From the NCBI GenBank assembly GCA_963769425.1, contig CAVYLP010000003.1, forward strand, positions 192,001-256,000: a stretch of 64,000 nucleotides of DNA, in the 5' to 3' direction. The notes beneath the pieces are model-generated. The model was not told where the DNA came from. It made no database searches and saw only the letters and a list, made by a program, of their open reading frames with translations. The translations under genes and the position numbers were made by a program. Positions within the stretch are counted from its first letter, which is position 1, and every line of letters begins with the position of its first letter. This DNA comes from Candidatus Bathyarchaeota archaeon (GTDB taxonomy: Archaea; Thermoproteota; Bathyarchaeia; TCS64). Shown here piece after piece: positions 33,134 through 41,650 of this stretch.

Positions 33134-33914
33134 TTATTTGAAATACTCGGTTATTCGCTTGCCGCCCCTGAGTTTCAAGACCTCGGCACAATACTGGGGC
33201 GACAGTGCCTTGAACTCGTAACCCAAAGAGGCTAGGACCTCCTGTGCCCCATCGGCCAAGGTGGGGGCGACGAGGATTGCACGAACCCTCCGGTTAGAGT
33301 CGAGGTTTATGACGTCCATGTACTTCTTCAGCTGGAGCACCGCCTTCTTTGTCGCCTTGACTCTCTTTATTTCAATGACTGTCAGCACGTTGTCTCTGTC
33401 CACGCCTAACACGTCTATGAACCCGGGGTCGACCGGTTTCTCGCTGGTGATCGGCCTGAAACCCTCTTCGATAATGGATGGCTGGGTTAAGATTGCTTGC
33501 TGCATGTCGTTTTCGGTTGCATAGAGGTTGAACGCGCCGGAGTCTTTCAGGTCGAGTATTGAGACCAGCTTTAAGGCTGGTGAAGGTGATCTCCATGACC
33601 TCGTGGTCCTTCCTACGATAGACGCGTATGACAAGTTTATCGTTCCGAAGCTTCGTCTGGAAGAGGCTACCGGGGGGTTGCCAGTTTACCGGGGAATAGT
33701 CTTTAGGTCGGTGGATTAGGGCTGAGCCATCCGATTTGAGAATGATTAATCGCTCTCCTGGTCCGAGGCTTGAGCTAGCTCTACCCTCGTATTCTACGCT
33801 GCAGTTTCCAGCTAGGATCACCAGCTTCTTGTGAGATATCCCTGACTTCACGACGGTGAGCGCTTCTTCGAGGGAGGGTGCCTCGAGGATGGTCTGCCTC
33901 GGTGCCTTTTCCAA
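33134..33914 (-). CDS. nucS: Mismatch-specific endonuclease NucS/EndoMS, frameshift near 33570
   Basis: CSVEYEGRASS, KSDGSALIH, PVNWQP in one frame; GFIDVLG, IEIKR, QLKKY in the other. Confidence 0.88.
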
Positions 33915-33916
33915 GG

Positions 33917-34642
33917 TTAGCCCACGCTTGTCACTATCGTCGTCCAAGGTGCGTTCATCTTCAGGTCGGTGAGTTTCAGGTCCTCGATGGCTCCATTTAG
34001 CATGAAGGTGCCGTGGCCGGGGTATATTCGGTCTGGGCATTCAGCGATAAGTCGTTTCAGACTCGTCTTCCACGCAGCAAGATCGAACCCCGGACCATTG
34101 ATGAACCCGAGCCGTCCCGTGGTTGAAGCGATGTCTCCGGTGAAGATCGCTTTTTTTCCATCTCTTTCCGTCATACTAACTGAGATACAACCAGGTGTGT
34201 GTCCGGGGGTATGGATGATGCCGAGATGAGCTTCACCCACGTTTAGATGGTCATTATTCTCAAGAACTCCGTCTAGCTTTGGCGCATTGAACATGATTCC
34301 TCTGGCTTTTGCCATTTCCACGAGAACGCACTCATCGAGGTTAGCTATGGAGTCCGAATCGCTCTTGTGGGCTACCAGTCTACATCCCGTTAGCTCCTTG
34401 AGTTCGTTTGCACCACCGATGTGGTCGAAGTGGCAGTGAGTCAGGATTGCGGTTTTAATGGCTCTCGGATCGAATCCGTCCTCTTTCACATTCGCCAAGA
34501 TCCTCTTTACGCCGAGTCCGCCCCCGGCATCTATGAGGATCGACTCCCCCCCGCAGTCAATCAGGTAGACGTTGCAGTCCCCAGTCGCGGACAAGCCATA
34601 GGCGGAGCCTCCGACGAGATAAACGGAATCGGTCAGCTTCAT
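33917..34642 (-). CDS. MBL-fold metallo-hydrolase
   Basis: THCHFDHIGG, TPGHTPG, FTGD, PGHG; start taken at MKLTDS. Confidence 0.88.
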   Translation of the reverse strand: MKLTDSVYLVGGSAYGLSATGDCNVYLIDCGGESILIDAGGGLGVKRILANVKEDGFDPRAIKTAILTHCHFDHIGGANELKELTGCRLVAHKSDSDSIANLDECVLVEMAKARGIMFNAPKLDGVLENNDHLNVGEAHLGIIHTPGHTPGCISVSMTERDGKKAIFTGDIASTTGRLGFINGPGFDLAAWKTSLKRLIAECPDRIYPGHGTFMLNGAIEDLKLTDLKMNAPWTTIVTSVG

Positions 34643-34916
34643 TGAAATCGAATAAAGGTCGCCCGCGGAGGTTAAAAATCGTTGGCTGAGGTCGGAAAAT
34701 GTCATGGACGAGATTCTTGGCCAATGCCTCGCTTCGATCAACCGATCTGCCTATTGAGGCCACGTTCATCTTTCATCAAATTTGCACGCCGTAGGAAATA
34801 GTGTACGAGGATCGAGTCTAGATCGGTGGCCATTGCCTAGGCCTTATAAAATGTATACCTTCAAGATTAAGGCCACAAAATCTATCCAAGAGTCTAAAGA
34901 CCAGAAACTATCACAA

Positions 34917-35093
34917 CTATGTATCAGGGTTAAGGTCCCTAAACTGGGACGTCATCTTGGGAAGATGAACGGCGTTAAACTCCTCCAGCTTATCTGGGTG
35001 TGTTAGCTTAACGTGGAATCTTACGCCACCCGGGCTCGACGATTTCCTGGGGCAGTAAGGGCAGCTAAACTCTCTTGCCTGTTGAGTGCTCAA
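34917..35093 (-). CDS. 58-aa C2H2 zinc-finger microprotein (not in ORF track)
   Basis: TTG start with GGAGGG upstream; MSTQQAREFSCPYCPRKSSSPGGVRFHVKLTHPDKLEEF... gives F-x-C-x2-C-x12-H-x4-H. Confidence 0.8.
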   Translation of the reverse strand: MSTQQAREFSCPYCPRKSSSPGGVRFHVKLTHPDKLEEFNAVHLPKMTSQFRDLNPDT

Positions 35094-35193
35094 GCAAACC
35101 CTCCGATTTAAGTATAGTGACTATGGTCTATAACACTTTTTCTCGATCCCAACTTGAGTTTGGATTCGCTTACTCCATCGCTTGGAACATCCA

Positions 35194-35212
35194 CGGCGGA
35201 AAATCGTTATCC
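35194..35212 (+). promoter_or_regulatory. 19-bp leader, copy 1 (CGGCGGAAAATCGTTATCC), BRE/TATA-like
   Basis: Exact direct repeat of 35461-35479; close variant at 57611-57628 upstream of the C/D sRNA. Confidence 0.55.
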
Positions 35213-35398
35213 CATCCTACTAGGAACCCAACTCCAGCTACTAGGAACCAGACACCGCCACAAGGAACAAGACACCGCTACATGGAACACGTGACCCCGC
35301 TGCTAGGAACAGCCAGACACCGCCACACGGAACATTGACCCCGTAGCTAGGAACACATGACGCCGCCACTAGGAACAGTGACACCGCCACTAGGAACA
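35211..35398 (+). repeat. Tandem array A: 9 imperfect 20-23-bp units, consensus GACMCCGCYACWAGGAAC
   Basis: GGAA cores at 35223, 35244, 35264, 35284, 35306, 35329, 35350, 35372 and 35393. Confidence 0.92.
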
Positions 35399-35419
35399 CT
35401 GTCCCATCCACGGGGACAG
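35399..35419 (+). other. Hairpin closing array A
   Basis: CTGTCCC-ATCCACG-GGGACAG, perfect 7-bp stem. Confidence 0.5.
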
Positions 35420-35460
35420 ACTAGGCGAATGCTCCCTATACCCGCTGCCCGGAATTGGCG

Positions 35461-35479
35461 CGGCGGAAAATCGTTATCC
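35461..35479 (+). promoter_or_regulatory. 19-bp leader, copy 2
   Basis: Identical to 35194-35212. Confidence 0.55.
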
Positions 35480-35690
35480 TATGCTACAAGGAATCCCATT
35501 CCTAGCTACAGGGAAGAAACTACCAGCTACAAGGAAGAAAATACCCGCTACCAGGAAGAAAGTTCCAGCTACAAGGAAGAGACAATACCAGCTACTAGGA
35601 ATTGAATTCCAGCTACCAGGAAGAAACTACCCGCTACAGGGAAGAAGACAATACCAGCTACAAGGAAGTAAGTTCCAGCTACAAGGAATA
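35480..35690 (+). repeat. Tandem array B: 10 units of 21-24 bp, consensus TWCCMGCTACHAGGAAGAA
   Basis: GCTAC cores at 35483, 35505, 35526, 35547, 35568, 35591, 35612, 35633, 35657 and 35678. Confidence 0.92.
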
Positions 35691-35709
35691 CGAGTCAGAG
35701 GAGTGGGCC

Positions 35710-36018
35710 ATGCGAGGAAGTACATATTCTCAGACTCTGAGGCTAGGGGATTAACTCGCCGGGGAGACGGAGGACGAGTCATATCCCTACATGCACCCCT
35801 ATCTCAGGGATGAGAGCTTCATAGCCAACCTCTAGGCGAGGCAAACCGGCAAGGCCTTCAACGAGATGGCAAAGCTCCTGTACTTGGCCTCAAAATACAG
35901 GGGGAGCACCTCACTCGTCACGGCCCCCAAGTTCGACCAGGTCAAGAACATCAAGCATCTAACCGACCACCTCCGGCGTATGAAGGCCAGAGACCTGGGC
36001 CTCTTCATACATCGATGA
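35710..36018 (+). pseudogene. Decayed N-terminal fragment of a viral terminase large subunit
   Basis: One frame from ATG 35710: ...HPYLRDESFIANL*ARQTGKAFNEMAKLLYLASKYRGSTSLVTAPKFDQVK. It shows a terminase Walker A (xRQxGK) and a VxAPxxxQ strand, with in-frame stops at 35752 and 35833. Confidence 0.65.
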
Positions 36019-36086
36019 GCGGAACATGAAGCCACGGGAGAGGCTTTAATAATCTAATCGATTCTAAACCACTCCGGTGGCCCCTA

Positions 36087-36443
36087 ATGAGTGAGAAGGA
36101 ATCCAAGGTCATCTGGCTCACCTGCCCCGACTGCGGCTCGAAGATAGGGATAATCCTCTCCGTCGGGAAGGCTACAGCTATAGCCCACCACGTCGAATCG
36201 GAGACGGTTGAGGAGACTGAAAACTGGCCCCCCTCCAGCTTCGAGGAGAAACTCAAAGCAGCCGGCGTCGACACGAGTTTATTAAACATCGAGGACGGCG
36301 AGGAAATGATTCTGGTCAGCCCAAAGAAGTTTCTGGGTGACCTATGGGGTCCGATAAATGAGACCATGCGCTCCCTTAGTGGGTCATGGATAAGGGAGGG
36401 CAGAGATAGTCGATGGGAGATCAAGAAAAACCCAAACCAATAA
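36087..36443 (+). CDS. Hypothetical protein with N-terminal CxxC (Zn-ribbon-like) motif
   Basis: 118-aa ORF with LTCPDCGSKI; TATA-like TTTAATA about 40 bp upstream. Confidence 0.7.
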   Translation: MSEKESKVIWLTCPDCGSKIGIILSVGKATAIAHHVESETVEETENWPPSSFEEKLKAAGVDTSLLNIEDGEEMILVSPKKFLGDLWGPINETMRSLSGSWIREGRDSRWEIKKNPNQ

Positions 36444-36573
36444 TATCCATTTCTTTTTAACCCCCATTTTTAGATTATTTTCAACCCAGTTTAGGGTAGG
36501 GTAAACACTTCGAAACTTGCTCGAAAAAAGGGGCTTGACAAGACTTTATTCAGCTAAGGAGCACTTTAAAGCC

Positions 36574-37126
36574 ATGCAACAGGCCAACGCGGTCTACAAT
36601 AACCTCACCATACAAGTTCCTTCAAGAGGGGAGGCAGACAGCCTCCTGCAGGACGGCTACGGGCACATCAAGCGAGAAGAGGTGTTACATCCTAGAACCA
36701 TACGAGGCCCTGTATCTTGTTGAGAAGGAACGCCTCACAGTCATCGACGAGGAAGAAAGGCATATCCTCTCATTCCAGGAGATCCTGAACAGGGAACTAG
36801 TTAACGATCCCATGTTGTGGACGAGGTACATCATCTATAGGGACATAAGGGGGAGGGGATTCGTTGCCAAGTCGACAGCGAAAAATGACGTATCCTTCAG
36901 CGTTTACGAAAGGGGGGATTACCCGAAGAAGGCCCCCAGCTACGAATTATACGCACTGGTCGAAGGAATGCCCGAAACACTGGGACACATCGAAGAAAGG
37001 CTAGTCGAAGTCAGGGACTCCGGGCGGGCGCTTAAACTGGCCGTGATAGATAGAAGAGGAGAGCTTGTTTACTACGGACTTGATAGGCTTGAGCCTGAGA
37101 GACTAGGCGCCGATACACTCGAGTAG
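36574..37126 (+). CDS. endA: tRNA-splicing endonuclease subunit (probably structural, non-catalytic), frameshift near 36662
   Basis: DGYG...LEPYEALYLVEK, RYIIYRDIRGRGF, LAVIDRRGELVYY. Confidence 0.8.
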
Positions 37127-38395
37127 CTTGGAACGCTCAACCTTCACTTGGGCCCCAGTCTTCATATCCCGAATAGTCAGGCATCCTTCCGCGAGCTCAC
37201 GCTCACCGATTATCACGACCTTCCTCACGCCCTTCTTGTCAGCGTACTCCAACTGCTTCGAGAAGCGTCTACCGAGGAGATCGACCACCGTGGAGACTCC
37301 GACCGCCCTCAGGTCTTGAGCGACTTTTATCGCTTCACTTTTCACCGAGTCGGATATCGAGGCGATCAGCACGTCTACTCCGAGCTTGATTTCTTTGAAG
37401 CCTCCCTTTGTCTCTATCAGTGGGACGAGACGATCGATACCGAAGGATATTCCGGTTGCCGGTGTGCTCCCGCCGCCCATGAGATTAATGATCCCGTCAT
37501 ATCTCCCACCTCCAGCGATGCTTCCGTAGTCCTCGTAACCCTCTGCTAGAACCTCGAAGACTGGTCCAGTATAGTAGTCCAGACCTCTAGCGAGGCTGAG
37601 CTCGACAACGATGTACTCGGCGTAGCCAAAGGACTTCGCGTAATTAATTAACTCTCTAAGAGCCTTCAGACCGGCAAGTCCTTCAGGAGAATCAGTAAGT
37701 TTCCCCTCAGTCTCATCCAGAACCTTGGCAGGAGTACCGGTTTGGGCTAGTGATTCTAAGAGTAGATTAGCGGATTCCGCTTCCACGGACAGCTTCGCAA
37801 GCTCCTGGACAACTCCGTCTTTCCCTATTTTCAGCAGCTTGTCCACTGCCCGAATGGCTTCCAATGTGCGGTCCTGTGGAACCCCTGCTTTTTTGATGAA
37901 TGCCTCGAGTATTCTCCTGTCGTTGAGCTTTATCACGAAGCCCTCGAAGCCCATCTTCTTGAGGCAGTCGACCGCGGCAGATAGGACCTCTGCGTCAGCT
38001 ATTGAGCCACTTACACCAACCGTGTCGGCGTCGGCCTGCCAGAACTCTCTGAAACGCTTCTCGCTGGGGTTTTCGTATCTCCAGACGGTCCCCATCGCGT
38101 ACCTCTTGAAGGGCATCTGGAGTTCGCGATGCACGGCCACCACGCGTGCAAGGCTCGTCGTTAGGTCGAACCTGAGTCCAAGCTCCCTGTCCGCCTTATC
38201 CTTGAAGTAGTAGATCTGGTTTATCACGTCCTCCCCGCTCTTCAGCTTGAGTAGCTCCCAGCTCTCGAAGGCGGGTGTTCCCAGGGGCTCGAAGCCGTAG
38301 GCCTCGTAGACCCCCCGTATCTGGTCCAGGACCCAGTTCCTCTTGTACATCTCCTCGGGGAGGAAGTCCCGGGTACCGCGTGGTGGCTGGTACAT
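37103..38395 (-). CDS. hisS: Histidine--tRNA ligase
   Basis: PRGTRDFLP, LRFDLT, RFREFWQAD, LARGLDYYTG and GGGRYD. Confidence 0.96.
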   Translation of the reverse strand: MYQPPRGTRDFLPEEMYKRNWVLDQIRGVYEAYGFEPLGTPAFESWELLKLKSGEDVINQIYYFKDKADRELGLRFDLTTSLARVVAVHRELQMPFKRYAMGTVWRYENPSEKRFREFWQADADTVGVSGSIADAEVLSAAVDCLKKMGFEGFVIKLNDRRILEAFIKKAGVPQDRTLEAIRAVDKLLKIGKDGVVQELAKLSVEAESANLLLESLAQTGTPAKVLDETEGKLTDSPEGLAGLKALRELINYAKSFGYAEYIVVELSLARGLDYYTGPVFEVLAEGYEDYGSIAGGGRYDGIINLMGGGSTPATGISFGIDRLVPLIETKGGFKEIKLGVDVLIASISDSVKSEAIKVAQDLRAVGVSTVVDLLGRRFSKQLEYADKKGVRKVVIIGERELAEGCLTIRDMKTGAQVKVERSKLLECIGA

Positions 38396-38668
38396 TTTGA
38401 CCGAGCCTAGATTGAAGGGATACCAGAAAAAGGTTCCGCGTTCACTTGCCGCCGATGTGGTCCTGAAGAAGAGGTCATCTATTCTTTTCCATTAATGCTC
38501 GCTCTCCTCCGGCCTCGACGTAATAGCCTTGGTGATCTTCTCCATGATGTTCAAAACAAGAGCCGGGCTAGAATAGTTAATGACTATGCTAGGTTTAATG
38601 AATCAAAATACTATGTAAGAAAAACTAGTTTCTAAGAAAAAAACCGGGAGTCTCCTTGATCCTCGGTT

Positions 38669-40088
38669 TTACTCGAAGGCTCCGCGTAGGAAGGGGTATA
38701 GGTCCGCGACCTGTTCCTGCACCATCGTCTGGTAGTACTGGTATAGTATGCTGACTGCCAGCAGGGCACCCATTCCGCTTCCGAAGACTCCGAAGAAGTC
38801 AGAGATCGCCGCAAGTGCACCGACGATTGCTCCACCGATGATTGTGATCGTCGGGATGTACCTATTCAATAGGGTCACTATGGGCTGCTTGTTCCTCCTG
38901 AAACCAGGAACCTGCATCCCTGACTCCAGTAGCTGATCTGCCATATCTTCAGCGCCCAGACCACCAATTTCAAGCCAAGTTACACTGAAAATCACACAGA
39001 AGACTATCACGATTAACGCATAGACTAGGGCTCGGAGAGGGGCAGTCAAAACTCCTTGGAGGTACCGGGTGATGTAATATAGTAGACAAGTCCACCTGTC
39101 GCGACTGGTTGGCCATTTGATGCAGTAAGTGAATGTTCCGAGCCAGTTGAGCCAGTTGTTGTCGTTTGCGACGTTCCATTTACTCCAGAGGAATTGACCT
39201 ACCATCTGGAAGTTAGCGAAGAGGGCGTAGGCGAGTATTACGGGTATGTTGGAGACGTAGAGGAGCTTTATAGGCATCCTACCGCGGTAGCCCCGGTACT
39301 GGCTGTGACTTATTGGGTAGCTCAACACGCATGCCCTCGACGTATATCACGAAGAGGAAGACTGCGATGGTCGTGAAGAACCCGATCATGTCCGGCGCCC
39401 CGTTTGCCCTGAAGAACCAGCTGTAGATGGGTACCCTCGTCCAGATTCCTTGGAAGAATGCCACGATGGCACCGTATGCCCTACCATCGTAGTTGATGAA
39501 GCTGAAGCTCATCCACCAGATGTTCGCTGTGATGCCTCCTACGATGAAGAGGCTTATCCCGCTGCCGATACCCCAGCCCTTCTGCACCAACTCATCGAGG
39601 AGCATGATGATGAGTCCCGCGACAAGCAGCTGTGCAAATATCAACAATGCCTTAGTAAGGGTGACTGAGCCGTACTGGCCGCTGACGATGTATAGTGAGG
39701 CCTGGATAATGATCATGACTATGGAGAAGAATTTACTCGCGGTCGTGAATAGCCCGCGGTCCTCTGCGCTGCTCCTATCGAATGATATGATGTCTGAGCC
39801 GGCGAGCAGCTGGATTATCAGTCCAGCTGTCACTATGGGGCCTATTCCGAGCTCCATGAGGGTCCCTCTCGCTGAGGCGAAGATGACCCTGTACGCCGTG
39901 AAGGTGTCTCCTGACGTCGTTACGGGTATCCCGTAGAGCGGGATCTCGGACATGATGAAGTAAATAAGTAGGGCAAGGAGCGTCCAGATGAGCCTGTTTT
40001 GGAAGCTCACCTTTCTCTCCGGTGGCTTTACCTCTGGTATGACCCGGGAGATGGGCTTGAAGAGCTCGAGGAAGCGCAAAGCTATCAC
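38669..40088 (-). CDS. secY: Preprotein translocase SecY/Sec61alpha, frameshifts near 39315 and a compensating pair near 39128/39061
   Basis: GTLMELGIGPIVTAG, KGWGIGSGISLFI, PIKLLYVSNIP, QVPGFR, NRYIP; last gene of the r-protein cluster. Confidence 0.93.
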
Positions 40089-40510
40089 TCTACTATAGAG
40101 CCGCCGGCTTCCTCTAATTTATTTTTGGCACCAGCGGAAGCGGACTCGACCCGGACCTTGAGCGCTGTGGATATGCTTCCTCTTCCGAGGAGCTTTCCGA
40201 TGCCGACTTCGGCTAGGTCAAGTTCCATTCCACTCTTCAAAGCTTCTGCACCCATAAGCTTTACCGCGAGGTCCTCTAGTTCCCCGATGTTGATCGTGGC
40301 GGGCAGCGGCTTGAGCGACGATGGTGGCACGAAGCCGATGCGCCTGTATCTGTTCGGGTTGAACTTCACGGTTTGGATCCAGAAGTGCTTGTGGCCTCCG
40401 GCGTAGCCCTTTCCTCCTCGGCTGCCGGACTTGCGGTGCTGGCCGACCTGGCCCCAGCCGCAGTATCTCGATCCGCGGTATCTGCGTGTTCTTCTCAGAT
40501 CGTGAGGCAT
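40085..40510 (-). CDS. rpl15: 50S ribosomal protein uL15
   Basis: RGSRYCGWG...GSRGGKGYAGGHKH and KLLGRG. Confidence 0.95.
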   Translation of the reverse strand: MPHDLRRTRRYRGSRYCGWGQVGQHRKSGSRGGKGYAGGHKHFWIQTVKFNPNRYRRIGFVPPSSLKPLPATINIGELEDLAVKLMGAEALKSGMELDLAEVGIGKLLGRGSISTALKVRVESASAGAKNKLEEAGGSIVE

Positions 40511-40529
40511 TATTTTTCACCTATACTCC

Positions 40530-41003
40530 TTAGCACATTCTCTTGATGAGCTCGTTTATGGCCTCTCCCCTGTAGCCTAGCTCACCGTGGTCGTTGTATG
40601 GACGCTTGACTGTCCTCTTGAATCCCTTCTTTGGGGGGTGCATTCTGAAGAAGGGTTTAATTCCGTTCAGTTGACTGAACTCGATCTCACCGGAGACGAT
40701 CGCATTTGCGAGTTTGTCTAGGCTCTCGTACCCGAGTTCCTTAAGGGACTCCTCGGTGACTTTCTGGTCGCCTACTCGTTTGCCCCTCTTCTCGAGGAGG
40801 GTCTTGACGGTCTCTACGTCAGGCTCGCCCCATGTGAGGTAATCCTTAGCCTTTCTGAGCATGCCTGTGTATGATGAGCTTTCCCTGAGGATCGTAGCGT
40901 AGTTGTTACGTTCCATGCGCAACATGGTGAGGGTGGCCTCGACGGTTTTTCGGGCATCGACGCCGCCTCTTATGCGAACGACGAAGAAAGTTTTGCCTGC
41001 CAT
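40530..41003 (-). CDS. rpl30: 50S ribosomal protein uL30
   Basis: VVRIRG, KAKDYLTWGE, FRMHPPKKG and GELGYRG. Confidence 0.95.
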   Translation of the reverse strand: MAGKTFFVVRIRGGVDARKTVEATLTMLRMERNNYATILRESSSYTGMLRKAKDYLTWGEPDVETVKTLLEKRGKRVGDQKVTEESLKELGYESLDKLANAIVSGEIEFSQLNGIKPFFRMHPPKKGFKRTVKRPYNDHGELGYRGEAINELIKRMC

Positions 41004-41005
41004 TG

Positions 41006-41650
41006 TTACATCGTCCACTCCTGTGGGGTCATGATCTTACTGGTCTGCTTCAGCGCCTCGAATGTGGCGAATGCGAATGAGGTAGTTGTGGTTGTTGTAC
41101 CCGTTGCCTTGGACCAGCAATCCTTTACCCCTGCTAGCTGGAGGACGACCTTCGCTGTGTCGCCGACGACTAGGCCGAGCCCCTGAGGACCTGGTAGGAG
41201 GGTTAGGACAACGCTCCCAGCTTTTCCGCTTACACGGAAGGGTAGGGAGTGATTCTCACCGCAGCCGCATTCCCAGCTACCGCAGCCCCTCTTTATCGGG
41301 TAGAGGTTTAGCTTCGCCATTCGTATTCCCTTCTCAATGGCGTTGCGGACGCGCTTCGCCTTGCCGGTTCCCAGACCGATAAGTCCGTTGCCGTTGCCTA
41401 CCGCGACGACTGCGCGGAACCGTGAGTTCTCTCCGGCGTCCGTCTGCTTCTGGACCATAGCGATGTCGATTACCTCGTCTTTGAGGTCCTGGACTAGGAA
41501 GTCGATTACCTCGACCTCCCTGACCTTGTAGCCCTCGCGGAATATGTCCCCTATGGAGGTGATCTGGCCTTCTTTGACCATCTTGCCAAGCTGTGTGCGG
41601 GGTACCCAGTCCTCTAGCGAGGGGCCTTCTCTATCGTATTGTCTACTCAT
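41006..41650 (-). CDS. rps5: 30S ribosomal protein uS5
   Basis: WVPRTQLG, QKQTDAG and RGCGSWEC. Confidence 0.96.
   Translation of the reverse strand: MSRQYDREGPSLEDWVPRTQLGKMVKEGQITSIGDIFREGYKVREVEVIDFLVQDLKDEVIDIAMVQKQTDAGENSRFRAVVAVGNGNGLIGLGTGKAKRVRNAIEKGIRMAKLNLYPIKRGCGSWECGCGENHSLPFRVSGKAGSVVLTLLPGPQGLGLVVGDTAKVVLQLAGVKDCWSKATGTTTTTTSFAFATFEALKQTSKIMTPQEWTM

Noticed and set aside
35211-35690. CRISPR array
   Set aside because: Units are contiguous and about 21 bp with only 3-8 variable bases; no 30-45-bp unique spacers and no cas genes in the window.
35480-35690. Canonical ORB origin boxes
   Set aside because: TTCC-N8-GGAA differs from the ORB core TTCCAGTGGAA; no G-string, no AT-rich unwinding element between inverted boxes, and no adjacent orc1/cdc6.
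35075-35813. Plus-strand ORFs 35075..35338, 35357..35605 and 35481..35813 as proteins
   Set aside because: They switch repeat register mid-ORF because unit lengths are not multiples of three; they are by-products of the repeats.
35833-35835. Pyrrolysine read-through of the TAG in the terminase fragment
   Set aside because: A second in-frame TAA and early truncation indicate decay; no pyl genes in the window.
38443-38553. Tiny minus-strand ORF between secY and hisS
   Set aside because: Only about 20 codons before a stop and no recognisable motif.
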